This document shows positions 10,388-21,100 of a DNA stretch of 64,000 nucleotides, one piece after another. Origin of the DNA: a candidate division FCPU426 bacterium. Its GTDB lineage: Bacteria; Oederibacteriota; Muellerivitia; Muellerivitales; Muellerivitaceae. The stretch covers positions 224,001-288,000 of the forward strand of contig CAWCKJ010000006.1 in assembly GCA_963796105.1 (NCBI GenBank), written 5' to 3'. A program made the position numbers and the translations under genes. How positions within the stretch are numbered: the first letter of the stretch is position 1; each line of letters starts with the position of its first letter. Below the pieces are notes generated by a model. The model saw nothing but the letters and a program-made list of their open reading frames with translations, was not told where the DNA came from and did not search any database.

Positions 10388-10611
10388 AAGCCCGGCATTG
10401 TATGGATTGAAATTCAAAAAGAAAAGGGCTGAGACGAAGCGTTTATTTAACTGGTATTAATAAAAGCCTCTCTGGCTATTCTTTGAGGCTTGATAGACAA
10501 TCCAAATGGGCGTACCTTGTTGTCCTTCTCCTTAGCGGTCTAGGGATTTCAAGGTTAGGTTTAAGAATTTTTAATCTTTTAATTTTTTTACCATTTTCAG
10601 GAGGTTGAGAA

Positions 10612-12279
10612 ATGATTTCCGATACCGTCAAGAAGGGCATTGACCGCGCGGGACACAGGGGCCTGTTGAAAGCCACCGGCGTGACCGACGGGGACATGAA
10701 GAAACCCTTCATCGGAGTGGCCAATTCTTATACCGACATCGTGCCGGGTCATATCAAATTGAACGTCCTTGGCGAGAAGATGAAAAAGGCTATCCGAGAG
10801 GCGGGCGGGGTTCCCTTCGAGTTCAATACCATCGCGGTGGATGATGGTATCGCCATGGGTCATGTGGGCATGCGTTATTCCTTGGCCAGCCGGGAGCTCA
10901 TTGCCGATGGAGTGGAGACCATGGCCATGGCTCATTGCTTCGACGCCCTCGTTTGTCTTTCCAACTGTGACAAAATCACTCCGGGCATGATCATGGGAGC
11001 CCTAAGAGTGAACATCCCGACCTTGTTCCTGACGGGCGGTCCCATGAAGGCGGGAACCGCCGCGGATGGGACCAAACTGGACTTGATCCATATTTTCGAG
11101 GGAGTCGGGAAAGTACAGGCTGGCCAAATGACCGAGGCCCAGTTGAAAGTTCTGGAAGACACAGCCTGCCCGACTTGCGGTTCCTGTTCCGGAATGTTCA
11201 CCGCCAATTCAATGAACTGCCTTTTGGAAGCCGTGGGTCTGGCTTTGCCCGGAAACGGCACGATCCTGGCAACGGATCCCGCCCGGGACGCTTTGATTCC
11301 CCAAGCGGCTAAAGCCATCATGGAAATGGTGAAGAAGAACGTAAAACCGCGGGATATTGTTGACCTGGAATCCCTGGACAACGCTTTCGCGCTGGACATG
11401 GCCATGGGCGGATCCACCAACACCGTCCTGCACACCCTGGCGATCGCCATTGAGGCGGGCATCGAATATCCCCTGGAGCGCATCAATGAGATCTCCGCCC
11501 GAACCCCATGCTTGTGCAAGGTATCTCCATCCCGCATGGACGTGCACATGGAGGATGTGGACAAAGCCGGCGGCATCAGCGCCATCTTGAAGGAACTGAG
11601 CCGTAAAACTGGAACCCTCAATCTCAAACGGCCAACAGTGACAGGAAAAACCCTTGGCGAAAATGTGGCATCCGCAAAAAGTCCGGACGGCAATGTGATT
11701 AGAACGATCGAGAAGCCATTCACCCAGGATGGGGGATTAGCCGTGCTTTTTGGGAATTTGGCACCCAAGGGCGCGGTGATCAAGACCGCAGGGGTAGATC
11801 CGGAATGTTGGACTTTCGAGGGGAATGCCGTGGTATTTGAGTCCCAGGATGAATGCCTCGCGGCGCTGGCCAAGCGGGCCGTACAACCGGGCGATGTGGT
11901 GGTCCTGAGATACGAAGGGCCCAAAGGCGGACCGGGAATGCCCGAGATGCTATCCCCTACTTCCATGATCAAGGGCCAAGGCTTGGGGAAGAAGGTCGCC
12001 CTGATCACCGATGGGAGATTTTCCGGCGGGACTTCAGGAACCTGCCTGGGGCATATCAGCCCCGAGGCTGCGGAGGGAGGGCCCATCGCTTTGGTAAAAA
12101 ACGGGGACCGCATCCTCATCGACATTAACAATCGAAGCTTGACCTTGAAGGTGGATGATGGGGAGCTTTCACGCAGAAAAGCCTCGTGGAATGCCCCGGC
12201 TCCCAAGATCAAAACAGGCTGGCTGGGACGTTATTCCCGCATGGTCACCAGCGCCAACAGGGGCGCGGTGCTTGAGTGA
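10612..12279 (+). CDS. ilvD: dihydroxy-acid dehydratase
   Basis: [46 protein letters not shown]. Confidence 0.97.
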   Translation: MISDTVKKGIDRAGHRGLLKATGVTDGDMKKPFIGVANSYTDIVPGHIKLNVLGEKMKKAIREAGGVPFEFNTIAVDDGIAMGHVGMRYSLASRELIADGVETMAMAHCFDALVCLSNCDKITPGMIMGALRVNIPTLFLTGGPMKAGTAADGTKLDLIHIFEGVGKVQAGQMTEAQLKVLEDTACPTCGSCSGMFTANSMNCLLEAVGLALPGNGTILATDPARDALIPQAAKAIMEMVKKNVKPRDIVDLESLDNAFALDMAMGGSTNTVLHTLAIAIEAGIEYPLERINEISARTPCLCKVSPSRMDVHMEDVDKAGGISAILKELSRKTGTLNLKRPTVTGKTLGENVASAKSPDGNVIRTIEKPFTQDGGLAVLFGNLAPKGAVIKTAGVDPECWTFEGNAVVFESQDECLAALAKRAVQPGDVVVLRYEGPKGGPGMPEMLSPTSMIKGQGLGKKVALITDGRFSGGTSGTCLGHISPEAAEGGPIALVKNGDRILIDINNRSLTLKVDDGELSRRKASWNAPAPKIKTGWLGRYSRMVTSANRGAVLE

Positions 12280-12532
12280 CCTGCCGGTGAAAAGGTCGTA
12301 ACAGGACCTTTTTACCAGCTTAACTTTTGTTTGGCGTGGAGGGGATAAACCTCCAATCAAGTTTACATTTACGGCCCTTGAGGCAGTCTTGATTGCCCCA
12401 AATCCCTGTTATTTCCTAGACCTTCTGATATACTTTCGCCTCCCCAAAAGCGGTATTTGATTACCGGCTTTCCCTTTTTAGTTTGCCGGCAAGTAAACGG
12501 ATAATAATCAGTTAAATGAATGAGGTTTTTGA

Positions 12533-14377
12533 ATGACTCTGCGTGAAGATTTAAGAAACATCGCCATCATCGCCCATGTCGACCATGGCAAAACCACCCT
12601 GGTGGATGCTCTCTTTAAACAATCCGGAGTTTTTCGCGCCAATGAGCATATGGAAGAGCGCGTGATGGATTCCAACGCCCTGGAAAAAGAGCGCGGCATC
12701 ACCATTTTTTCCAAGAACGCCTCGGTGGTTTGGAACGGGGTCAAGATCAACATTGTGGACACTCCCGGCCATGCCGACTTCGGCGGGGAAGTGGAGCGAA
12801 TCCTTTCCATGGTGGATGGTGTGCTTCTTTTGGTGGACGCGGCCGAGGGGCCTCTGCCCCAAACCAAGTTCGTCCTTCGAAAGAGCCTGGAAAAGAACCT
12901 CGACGCCATCGTGGTCATTAACAAAATTGATCGGCAGGACGCGAGAGCCCACGAGGTAGTGGACGCGGTTCTGGATCTTTTCATCGCCCTGGGCGCCAAT
13001 GAGCACCAGATAAGTTATCCGGTCATCTATACGGTGGCCCGCGAGGGAACAGCCACCCATGATTTGGCCAAGCCGGGAAAGGACCTGACGCCCCTCTTCG
13101 AGACCATCCTCAAGCATTTCAAACCCATAGATGTGGACATTGTGGGCCCATTCCAAATGCTGGTGACGACCACCGCTTACAACGAGTACCTAGGCCGCAT
13201 GGCCATTGGGCGTATCAAGCGGGGAAAAATCAAGTTGAATGATCCCATCAGCCTAATCAAGCTCGACGGCCGCAAGATCGAAAGCAGCGCCACCAAGCTT
13301 TTTACCTACCAGGGAATCAAGCAGGTGGAATGCCAGGAAGCCTCAGCGGGAGACATCATTTTGCTGGCGGGTTTGGAGGATGTCCAGATCGGAGAAACAG
13401 TGGCATCCACCCTCTTCCCGGAGGCTCTTCCCCCAACCACCATCGATGAGCCCACCATGTCCATGGTATTTTCCGTCAATAACAGCCCCTTCGCCGGGAA
13501 GGAAGGCAAGTTCGTCACTTCCCGGCACTTGAGGGAGCGATTGAACAAGGAATCGGAGGCCAATCCAACGCTCAAAATCTCGGACACGGAAAGCCCGGAC
13601 GCCATCCAGGTTTCCGGCCGGGGCGAACTGCATTTGGGAATCCTGATCGAGACCATGCGGCGCGAAGGATACGAGTTCCAGGTTTCCAGGCCGAAGGTTA
13701 TCTATAAGGAAGTGAACGGCAAGACCCAGGAACCCTATGAAAACCTGGTCATTGACGTGCCCAACAACTCTGTGGGCGTGGCGATGGAGAAGCTGGGATC
13801 CCGCAAGGGCGAGATGAAAAACATGCTTCCCCTCTCGGAGGTGACCACCCGCATCGAGTTCCTGATCCCTTCCCGGTGCCTGATGGGTTTCCGGACGGAA
13901 TTCCTGACCGACACCAAGGGAGAGGGTATTCTGCACCATGTTTTCTCCGGCTACGGAGAGTTCAAAGGCGAGGTCGCCGGGAGAACCCGGGGAGTGTTGG
14001 TGGCTTTCGAGCCGGGTGTCACGGCCGCCTATGGTTTGTTCCAATTAAAGGACCGGGGAAGGTTTTTCCTGGGAGCCCGCGTGGAGGTTTACGAGGGAAT
14101 GGTGGTGGGGGAGCATACAAGGGAGAACGATATCGCGGTGAATCCCTGCAAGACCAAGCACCTCACCAATATGAGGAGCAAGGCTTCAGACGAGGCCCTG
14201 ACCCTGGAGCCCCCGACCCTATTCTCGCTGGAACAATGCCTGGAATATATCCAGGACGACGAGCTATTGGAAGTCACCCCCAAAAGCCTGAGGATGCGCA
14301 AGAAGATCCTGAACAACAACGAGCGCATGAAGGCCGAGAAATGGTTCTCTAAAACCACTCAAAACGCCCGGGCTTAA
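12533..14377 (+). CDS. typA: translational GTPase TypA/BipA
   Basis: AHVDHGKTT, DTPGHADFGGEVER, NKID, GRGELHL, LEVTPKSLRMRK. Confidence 0.97.
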   Translation: MTLREDLRNIAIIAHVDHGKTTLVDALFKQSGVFRANEHMEERVMDSNALEKERGITIFSKNASVVWNGVKINIVDTPGHADFGGEVERILSMVDGVLLLVDAAEGPLPQTKFVLRKSLEKNLDAIVVINKIDRQDARAHEVVDAVLDLFIALGANEHQISYPVIYTVAREGTATHDLAKPGKDLTPLFETILKHFKPIDVDIVGPFQMLVTTTAYNEYLGRMAIGRIKRGKIKLNDPISLIKLDGRKIESSATKLFTYQGIKQVECQEASAGDIILLAGLEDVQIGETVASTLFPEALPPTTIDEPTMSMVFSVNNSPFAGKEGKFVTSRHLRERLNKESEANPTLKISDTESPDAIQVSGRGELHLGILIETMRREGYEFQVSRPKVIYKEVNGKTQEPYENLVIDVPNNSVGVAMEKLGSRKGEMKNMLPLSEVTTRIEFLIPSRCLMGFRTEFLTDTKGEGILHHVFSGYGEFKGEVAGRTRGVLVAFEPGVTAAYGLFQLKDRGRFFLGARVEVYEGMVVGEHTRENDIAVNPCKTKHLTNMRSKASDEALTLEPPTLFSLEQCLEYIQDDELLEVTPKSLRMRKKILNNNERMKAEKWFSKTTQNARA

Positions 14378-14419
14378 CCAGGTCTCTCCCGTTTTAACTA
14401 AATGAGATAAAATATTCCC

Positions 14420-15397
14420 ATGTGTAAACGCGCGATTTTCTTTTTGGTTTTGGGGTTTAGTTTTTTTCCGACGGTCCCCATTCAAGCCCAAACCTACCAG
14501 GTGGCATCCGCTTCTGCTACCTTGCGGGACTCCGCCCGCAATCGAAGCCTGCCCATCAAGGCCTATTACCCAAAGACTTCCGGGGAAGAGCTTTTTCCTG
14601 TCCTAATTTTTTCTCATGGAGCCGGAGGATCCAAAGATGGATACGGCTATCTTGGCCGTTATTGGGCTGCACATGGTTATGTGGTTTTACTGCCGACCCA
14701 TTTGGGGAGCGACAAATCCCTCCTGAAGCCTGGAAGACCTCTTTATAATTTGCGCGCCATAAAAGGAATGATCCATCAAGAGGATAATCTTTCCAACCGT
14801 CCCAAGGACATTTCTTTTCTATTGGATTCCCTCCCGAACATCGATCGATCTTTTCCTGGCTTGAAGGGCCGGATCGACCCGACCCGGGTGGGTGTCGGAG
14901 GGCATTCCTTCGGCGCCTATACCTCTATGGCGGTGGCCGGAGCAGGAATTTATCTTTCGCCCAGTGCGGAAAAACCAGTCCGGTTCACCGACACCAGGGT
15001 GGTCGCTTTCCTGGCCTTGTCCCCGCAGGGACCGGGCCATTGGGCTTTTCGGGAGGATTCCTGGGAAAGCATCCGTCGCCCCGTATTCATGGCCACGGGC
15101 ACCCAGGACAGGGGATTCGAGAATAACGAGGCACCGGATTGGCGGAAGAAAGCCTTTAAGAATCTAAGACCAGGGCATAAATTCCTGGCCGTGATCAAGG
15201 GCGCCAACCATATGGATTTTTCCGATACCCAATTTAACGGCAAGCTGAGAAATCCCAAGACCCATGATTGGCTTCAAAAAACAACCACCTTGTTTTGGGA
15301 CGCTTACGTCAAGGGCGATAGGATATTGCAGAAACAACTAAAGGAAAAGAAACTGCCCAAGGTTTCAAGCGTCCAAATACAGTGGGCGATCAAATAA
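14420..15397 (+). CDS. secreted alpha/beta hydrolase (dienelactone hydrolase / PAF-AH-like)
   Basis: Signal peptide, FSHGAGG, nucleophile elbow GHSFG, GTQD and GANHMDF triad. Confidence 0.85.
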   Translation: MCKRAIFFLVLGFSFFPTVPIQAQTYQVASASATLRDSARNRSLPIKAYYPKTSGEELFPVLIFSHGAGGSKDGYGYLGRYWAAHGYVVLLPTHLGSDKSLLKPGRPLYNLRAIKGMIHQEDNLSNRPKDISFLLDSLPNIDRSFPGLKGRIDPTRVGVGGHSFGAYTSMAVAGAGIYLSPSAEKPVRFTDTRVVAFLALSPQGPGHWAFREDSWESIRRPVFMATGTQDRGFENNEAPDWRKKAFKNLRPGHKFLAVIKGANHMDFSDTQFNGKLRNPKTHDWLQKTTTLFWDAYVKGDRILQKQLKEKKLPKVSSVQIQWAIK

Positions 15398-15459
15398 ACA
15401 TTGATAGGCGGGCGGGTTTGAGGGTTTCTTTAAAAGAACTTCAACGTTACAATAAACCC

Positions 15460-15951
15460 ATGTTTTCCAAGCATACCAAGTTCTTCCTCATTTCGGCCTT
15501 CCTCGTGTTGGGAGGACCCACTTTGGTATCCGCCCAAACGGCGGGCGCGTCTAATCAGCCCGTTCAAGGGAGCCAAAGTTCCCCGGAAGGCTTCGCCAAG
15601 CCCTATGAGTACGAGCGTCAGGCATATGGGTATGATCCCGAGGGTGTCGAATACAACGAAAACCAAACTGAGGATTTCCAGGTGGTTTTCATCACTTCCA
15701 TGCCCTTCACGGCTTTGGCAAGTTTCTGTCTGACTGGGGTGGTGTCCCTGGCGGCCAGAAACAACTTTTCCGTCAATGGGGATTACTTTTGGCCTTTTCT
15801 GGCAGGGGTCGTGGGAGGATCGACCACCATTGCCTGCGTATCGGTCCTGACGAATCGTTATCCTCCCCCTTCCTCCCAATATTATGTCCAAGAGAGCCCC
15901 AACAAACCCATGTTGGCTTGCCAGATCCCGCTGGTTACGGCCCGGTTTTAA
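15460..15951 (+). CDS. hypothetical membrane protein
   Basis: Signal peptide plus two hydrophobic segments; in an operon-like run. Confidence 0.6.
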   Translation: MFSKHTKFFLISAFLVLGGPTLVSAQTAGASNQPVQGSQSSPEGFAKPYEYERQAYGYDPEGVEYNENQTEDFQVVFITSMPFTALASFCLTGVVSLAARNNFSVNGDYFWPFLAGVVGGSTTIACVSVLTNRYPPPSSQYYVQESPNKPMLACQIPLVTARF

Positions 15952-16041
15952 CTTATAAAGATTTTTGTTTTGGCTTTTCAAGATCGGGTTAAAATAAGTA
16001 GCTTTCCGGAAGGCTTTATCTCTCTGCAAGGAGCGTCTGGC

Positions 16042-17259
16042 ATGTTTAAAAGAATTTTAGCCATGGGTATCTTTTGGTTAGGTTTGAGTTTGGCATGGGC
16101 CCAGGATATGCCCCCGCTTCCATCTCTGCCTGGCGATCAGAATGCCGCCCCAGCGGGCAACAGCACCGCCGCGCCATTGCCCGCATTGCCGGGCCAGTCC
16201 ACCGCTCCGTCCGCGGACAATTCCGCTCCCTTGCCCGCTTTGCCCGGACAGACAGCATCTCCGTCAACGGATAATGCATCTCCATTGCCGGCATTACCGG
16301 GACAAGCGCAGGCTCCTGCCGCGGACAATTCAGCCCCTTTGCCAGCTTTGCCAGGGCAAACAACCTCCCCGTCATCTGACAATGCCGCTCCCTTACCGGC
16401 ATTGCCGGGACAGCCAGCGGGTTCTTCGACAGATAATGGAGCGCCTTTGCCCGCGTTGCCGGAGCAAGCTGCGGCACCCGCAGCGGATAATTCCAACGCC
16501 ACCCCACTACCCGCGCTGCCAGGGCAGAATGCCGTGTCTTCTGCCGATAATGCCGCCCCTTTGCCGGCTTTGCCGTCATCCGGCGGAACCCCCACTGCCA
16601 CAGGCAGTTCAGCCGCCATGCCCCCACTTCCTACCTTGGGAGGGATTTCCTCGGATAATACCAATACCGGGGCATTACCTGCACTTCCTGGAAATGGAGT
16701 CTCCGCTCAAGCCAGCCCGACTACGGCGTCGACGGTTGAGACCGCTCCTTCCAAGGGTTCCAGTTCGACAGAAGGGGAGGCGGTTTCCAAAGCGAAGGAA
16801 ACCATCGAGAAAAAATGGCATCCCCCTGTTCCTCAGCCCAACGTCATTTTCGGGGGCTGGGTTTTGGCTAAGGGCGGGAATGATGGATCCAGAATCGCCT
16901 GGGCTTCGCAGGAAATCCTGAATATATTGGAATTTAAGGGTTATAAAGTCGTTAAGGAAGAAGGCCTTTATGAAGGTCAAAAAGGCCGCCAGTGGAGGCA
17001 ATTTAGTTTTAAAAGCCCCAAATCGCATGCCCTTCTGCAGGTCTATGTCCGCACGGCGGGCAAAAAAGTTTGGATGAGGGTAGGGCCTTCCGAGCCTCCG
17101 GCTGGGGAGACGATGGCCTTCGTGAAAAAATTGAAAGCTGAAGATTTGAAGGCGTTGGGCTTATTGCGGAAGCATTTCAAAAAGCATTTGCTTCCCCACA
17201 AGTATGTGCCTCTTTGGGAGGCTTCTTACCGTTGGCACCAAGAAACGGCGGATGAATAA
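16042..17259 (+). CDS. secreted protein with about 11 PLPALP repeats and a basic C-terminal domain
   Basis: AAGGAG RBS before ATG 16042; signal peptide ending AWA; low-complexity repeat region. Confidence 0.8.
   Translation: MFKRILAMGIFWLGLSLAWAQDMPPLPSLPGDQNAAPAGNSTAAPLPALPGQSTAPSADNSAPLPALPGQTASPSTDNASPLPALPGQAQAPAADNSAPLPALPGQTTSPSSDNAAPLPALPGQPAGSSTDNGAPLPALPEQAAAPAADNSNATPLPALPGQNAVSSADNAAPLPALPSSGGTPTATGSSAAMPPLPTLGGISSDNTNTGALPALPGNGVSAQASPTTASTVETAPSKGSSSTEGEAVSKAKETIEKKWHPPVPQPNVIFGGWVLAKGGNDGSRIAWASQEILNILEFKGYKVVKEEGLYEGQKGRQWRQFSFKSPKSHALLQVYVRTAGKKVWMRVGPSEPPAGETMAFVKKLKAEDLKALGLLRKHFKKHLLPHKYVPLWEASYRWHQETADE
16108..16692 (+). repeat. coding tandem repeat, ~54-bp (18-aa) period, DN.APLPALPGQ
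   Basis: 11 PLP(A/S/T)L(P)-type cores counted in the translation; codons diverge between copies. Confidence 0.9.
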
Positions 17260-17268
17260 TAGATCCTG

Positions 17269-17454
17269 ATGTTCCGGCATACTCTTTCCTATTTTCTTTT
17301 CGGCATCGGTATCGCGGGGTTTATGTTTGCCCTTGGCAGGACCTATTACATGGTATGGAAGTCCCGCAAGGAAAGGGAGTCCCGGAGAAGTCCGCGGGGA
17401 GCAAAAGATTTAAAAATCCATTTGATGTCGGGGCAGGACAAGCCTGAGGATTAA
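17269..17454 (+). CDS. small single-pass membrane protein
   Basis: Hydrophobic N-terminal helix and basic tail; packed between neighbouring genes. Confidence 0.55.
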   Translation: MFRHTLSYFLFGIGIAGFMFALGRTYYMVWKSRKERESRRSPRGAKDLKIHLMSGQDKPED

Positions 17455-17501
17455 ATACCTGATGCGAGAGCATTACATCCTGAAATGGATTGGGGAACGA
17501 C

Positions 17502-17972
17502 ATGGCTATTCGCAAGGATAATTTCACCGATTTTTTAAAGGAAGTGAGCTTGTTTGACGGGCTTCAGGATAAGACTTTGAGTCTTATATTTAGGCTGGGA
17601 AAGGTTCAACAATACAAGGCCGGGGATCTCATCATCCGGGAGAACCAGGAGGGCGGAAACCTATATATTATTATTACGGGCCGCGCGGAGGTTGTGAAAT
17701 CCGGCAAGGACCCCGGCAGTAACAAGCATTTGGCGGATTTGGACCGAGGCTCCGTTTTCGGCGAGATGAGTGTTTTTGACAATGCCCCATGCTCCGCCTC
17801 GGTTTTGGCAAAAACGGAATGTTCCGTTCACATGATCCAAGGAACGGATTTCAAGAAATTCCTGAAGAAGAATCCGGATGTGGCTTTTGAGGTTTTTTGC
17901 ACCTTGATCAGCCAGATCTCCAGCCGTCTTCGAAGGACGAATTTAGCCCTATCTCTCCTGGAATTCAGTTAA
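17502..17972 (+). CDS. stand-alone cyclic-nucleotide-binding domain protein (no HTH)
   Basis: LF.GL...Y.AGD.II.E...LYII..G...GSVFGEMS...PCSASV. Confidence 0.88.
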   Translation: MAIRKDNFTDFLKEVSLFDGLQDKTLSLIFRLGKVQQYKAGDLIIRENQEGGNLYIIITGRAEVVKSGKDPGSNKHLADLDRGSVFGEMSVFDNAPCSASVLAKTECSVHMIQGTDFKKFLKKNPDVAFEVFCTLISQISSRLRRTNLALSLLEFS

Positions 17973-17998
17973 TCAAAAGCAGTCTTCCCTTCTTTTCC

Positions 17999-18054
17999 AT
18001 CCCATATTTTGTGGTTTGAAAAGTTTTGACATCTATAGGTGGTGATGGTACATT
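17999..18054 (+). promoter_or_regulatory. sigma70-type promoter of the smc operon overlapped by two NrdR-box-like sites
   Basis: TTGACA (18026-31)-17 bp-TACATT (18049-54); CCCATATTTTGTGG and ATCTATAGGTGG cores 31 bp apart. Confidence 0.55.
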
Positions 18055-18152
18055 TGCTTGAGAATTGCTTTGTCAATTCGTTTTTGCCTGAGCGGCTTCC
18101 GATACCTTTCCTATAACCCCGCGCCGTTTCCCAAACCCGATAGGAGAAGCTT

Positions 18153-21100
18153 TTGTTCCTGAAAAAACTCGAGGTTCACGGCTTTAAGTCCTTTTCCGAC
18201 AAAACGGAACTTCTTTTTGAACCGGGAATCACGGCCATCGTGGGTCCCAATGGCTGCGGCAAAACAAACGTGGCCGACGGCATCCGCTGGGTCATGGGGG
18301 AGCAATCGGCCAAAGGCTTGAGAGCCGCTGAGATGACCGACGTAATTTTCAACGGGACCGAATCCAGAAAACCCTCCGGAATGTGCGATGTCACGCTGGT
18401 CCTTTCCAACGAAGACAAGACCCTCCCCCTCGAATTCAACGAGGTCTCCATCACCCGCCGGGTTTACCGCTCCGGGGAATCGGAGTACCTCATCAACCAG
18501 GTTCCGGCGCGCTTAAAGGACGTGAAGGAACTTTTCATGGGAACAGGCCTGGGCATCAGCGCCTATTCGGTCATGGCCCAGGGCCAGATGGAGCAAATCG
18601 TCACCTCCAAGCCCATTGAAAGACGCGCCCTTTTCGAGGAGGCCGCGGGGATCACCAAGTTCAAGTCCCGGAAAGTCGAGGCCCTGAGAAAACTCGAGGC
18701 CACCGAGCAGAATTTAGTGCGGATCGCCGATATCACCGCGGAGTTGAAACGGCAGATTCATTCCCTGGAACGCCAGGCCAAGCAGGCCGAAAAATACCGA
18801 CAGTTCAAGGAAAAACTTGGGATACTCCAGGTTCAAATCCACCTGGATAAATCCGTCAAATTGAGGGCCAAGTCGGAGAGCCTGCATCAAAAGATGAGGG
18901 AAGTCCAGGAACGCCTGGATTCCGCCCATGCGAACGCGTCGCAATTGGAACAGGAGGAAAAGCAATTCCGGGTACGCCTGGATGAGATCGAGCAGGAACT
19001 GGCGAAGGCGCGGGAAGAAGCCTACAAGGTCTCCAGCGAGGTGGAAGTCACCCAGGGCAGGATCGAAGGAACTAAACGCCACAAGAACATGCTGACGGAC
19101 CTGCGCCAGCGCAATGACCAGGAAACCGCCGAAGCCTTCGGCCGATCCGAACAACTCAAGGTCTGGGTGGAGGAACGCTCCCGCCTTCAGGCCTCAAAGG
19201 AGAGCCAGAAAAACGAGAAAGGCCTCCTGGAACAAGAACTCCAAGGGAAAATGGAGGCCCTGGAATCAGAGCTGGCCGGGAAAACCCGCGACTTGGAGGC
19301 CATGAACGTCGTCGCCGTGGATTTGGTCACCAAATCGGCCCAAATGAAGGCGGAGCTTGATTCGCTTCAGTCCCAGGACGAGGAGACCTCCCGCCGGGTG
19401 GGGGATTTGGTGGCCCAGTTGGAAAAGAACCTGGCGGAATTAAAGGGAGTTTCGGATAAACGCGAGGGATTTCTCACGGGAAAATTGGAATCCCAGGCGG
19501 AAGAAGCCCGGATTGAGGAGAATCTCCTTCGCATCCAAGGGGCCCTGGCCCAGCAGGGAGCCTTGATCGTCGATGCCGAGGAGGAATTGAAAAAGCTCAA
19601 TAACGCTTTTTCCGAGGCCCGGTCCCGCTACGGGGTTTTGGAGGAGCTCCAGAACAAGCTGACGGGCTATGACGCGGGAGTGAAGGCGATTCTCCAGGCC
19701 AGGCAATCCGAACCCCTCATGTGGCAGGAGGTCCTGGGGGTTGTCGCGGACCTGATCTCGGTGGACAAAGTCCATGAGGGCGCGGTGGAGACACTCCTGG
19801 GAAGCCAGCTTCAATCGTTGGTTGTGCGTTACCGATCTACCGCGGAGAAGGTGGTGGCTTATCTAAAATCCGAAGGCCAAGGCAAGGTTTCCCTCCTGGT
19901 TTTGGAGGATTTGGCCAAGCAGGCACAGGCTGACCAAGTCGCCCCTGCCTTGAACGAATCTGGGGTTTTAGGCTCGATTTTATCATTCTTGAAGTACGAA
20001 CCCTCCCTGGAACCCGTGGTCAAGTTCCTTTTTGGCCAGGACCTTCTGGCTTCTGAATGGGCCCTGGCGGAAAATCTCAGCGTCCTTCATCCCCGCTTGC
20101 GTTTTGTGACCCGGGACGGGGACCGGATGGGGCCTTTGGGTTCCCTGAAGGCAGGCTCCGCAGTCTCGGGTGTTTCCCTTTTGGGGCGCCACCGCGAGAT
20201 GAACGAGCTTTCCGAAAAAATGGTGGAGCTCGAGAATCAGGTTCAGCAGGGCGAGGCAAAGTTGGCCACCGCCAAAAAAGAAAGAAAGGAGATGGAGGAT
20301 TCCCTCCTGGCATCGGAAAACCGCCGCCAGCAAGTCCGCATCCTTCTCGCGGAGACTGAAAAAGAGATTGCCCAGTCCCAGGAAACCCTTCTCCGATTAG
20401 AAAACGAGAAAACCGTCCTGGAGAGGGAAAAAGCCCTCTGCGAGGCCCATTGGAATTCCGATAAGAACCGCATCGGGGAGCTGTCAACCCTGCTAAACCA
20501 AAGCGAACAGACTCAGCATTCGACACAGGAAGAGATCAACCAAGCCCGCGGCGGGCTCCAAACCCTTCAAACCCAGAAGGAGGAAATCTCCCGGCAGAAA
20601 ATGCAGGTGCGCCTGGAACTGGATTCCCTGGAGGAAGTCGCAGAAAGGGCCAAGGAAGAGGCCGAGCGTTACCAGGCGGAGCTGAACCAACTGGCCCGTC
20701 TGGTTTCCCAGAAGAAGGATGAGAACCAGCAGTTGGGCCTTCAGGAACAGCAGTTGTCCCTGGACTTGGAGGATCTGGACCGGAAAATCGGCGGCCTTTC
20801 CCAGACCAAGAGGGACGCGGACAAGCAGGCCGGCAAAGTCGCGGAGAAAAGGGCGGCTGTCTCGGCGGAGGCCGGGGAACGGGCGGAGAAGGTCCGGCAG
20901 GCCCGCGTGAGGTTCGAGGAGGTCCAAAAAGAGCTTCATGCCCTGGATCTTCAGGAAGCGCAAATCAGCGTGGAAATCCGGAACATCGAGGAAAAGCTCC
21001 AGTATGAGTACAAGGTGGACCCGGAGAATCCTCCCGTCGCCCTCGAGAAGGAGTTCGACGGGGAAGAGGCCGAAAAGGAATCTATTGAATTGCGGGCCAA

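Noticed and set aside
10932..12212. Long antisense and overlapping ORFs (426 aa opposite ilvD; similar ones opposite glgA, clpX, the aminotransferase, lgt and smc)
   Set aside because: Shadow ORFs expected from GC-rich codon bias opposite well-conserved genes; no recognisable motifs
16108..16692. Periodic repeats as a possible CRISPR array
   Set aside because: In-frame coding repeats with synonymous divergence; no identical DNA repeats, and no cas genes in the window
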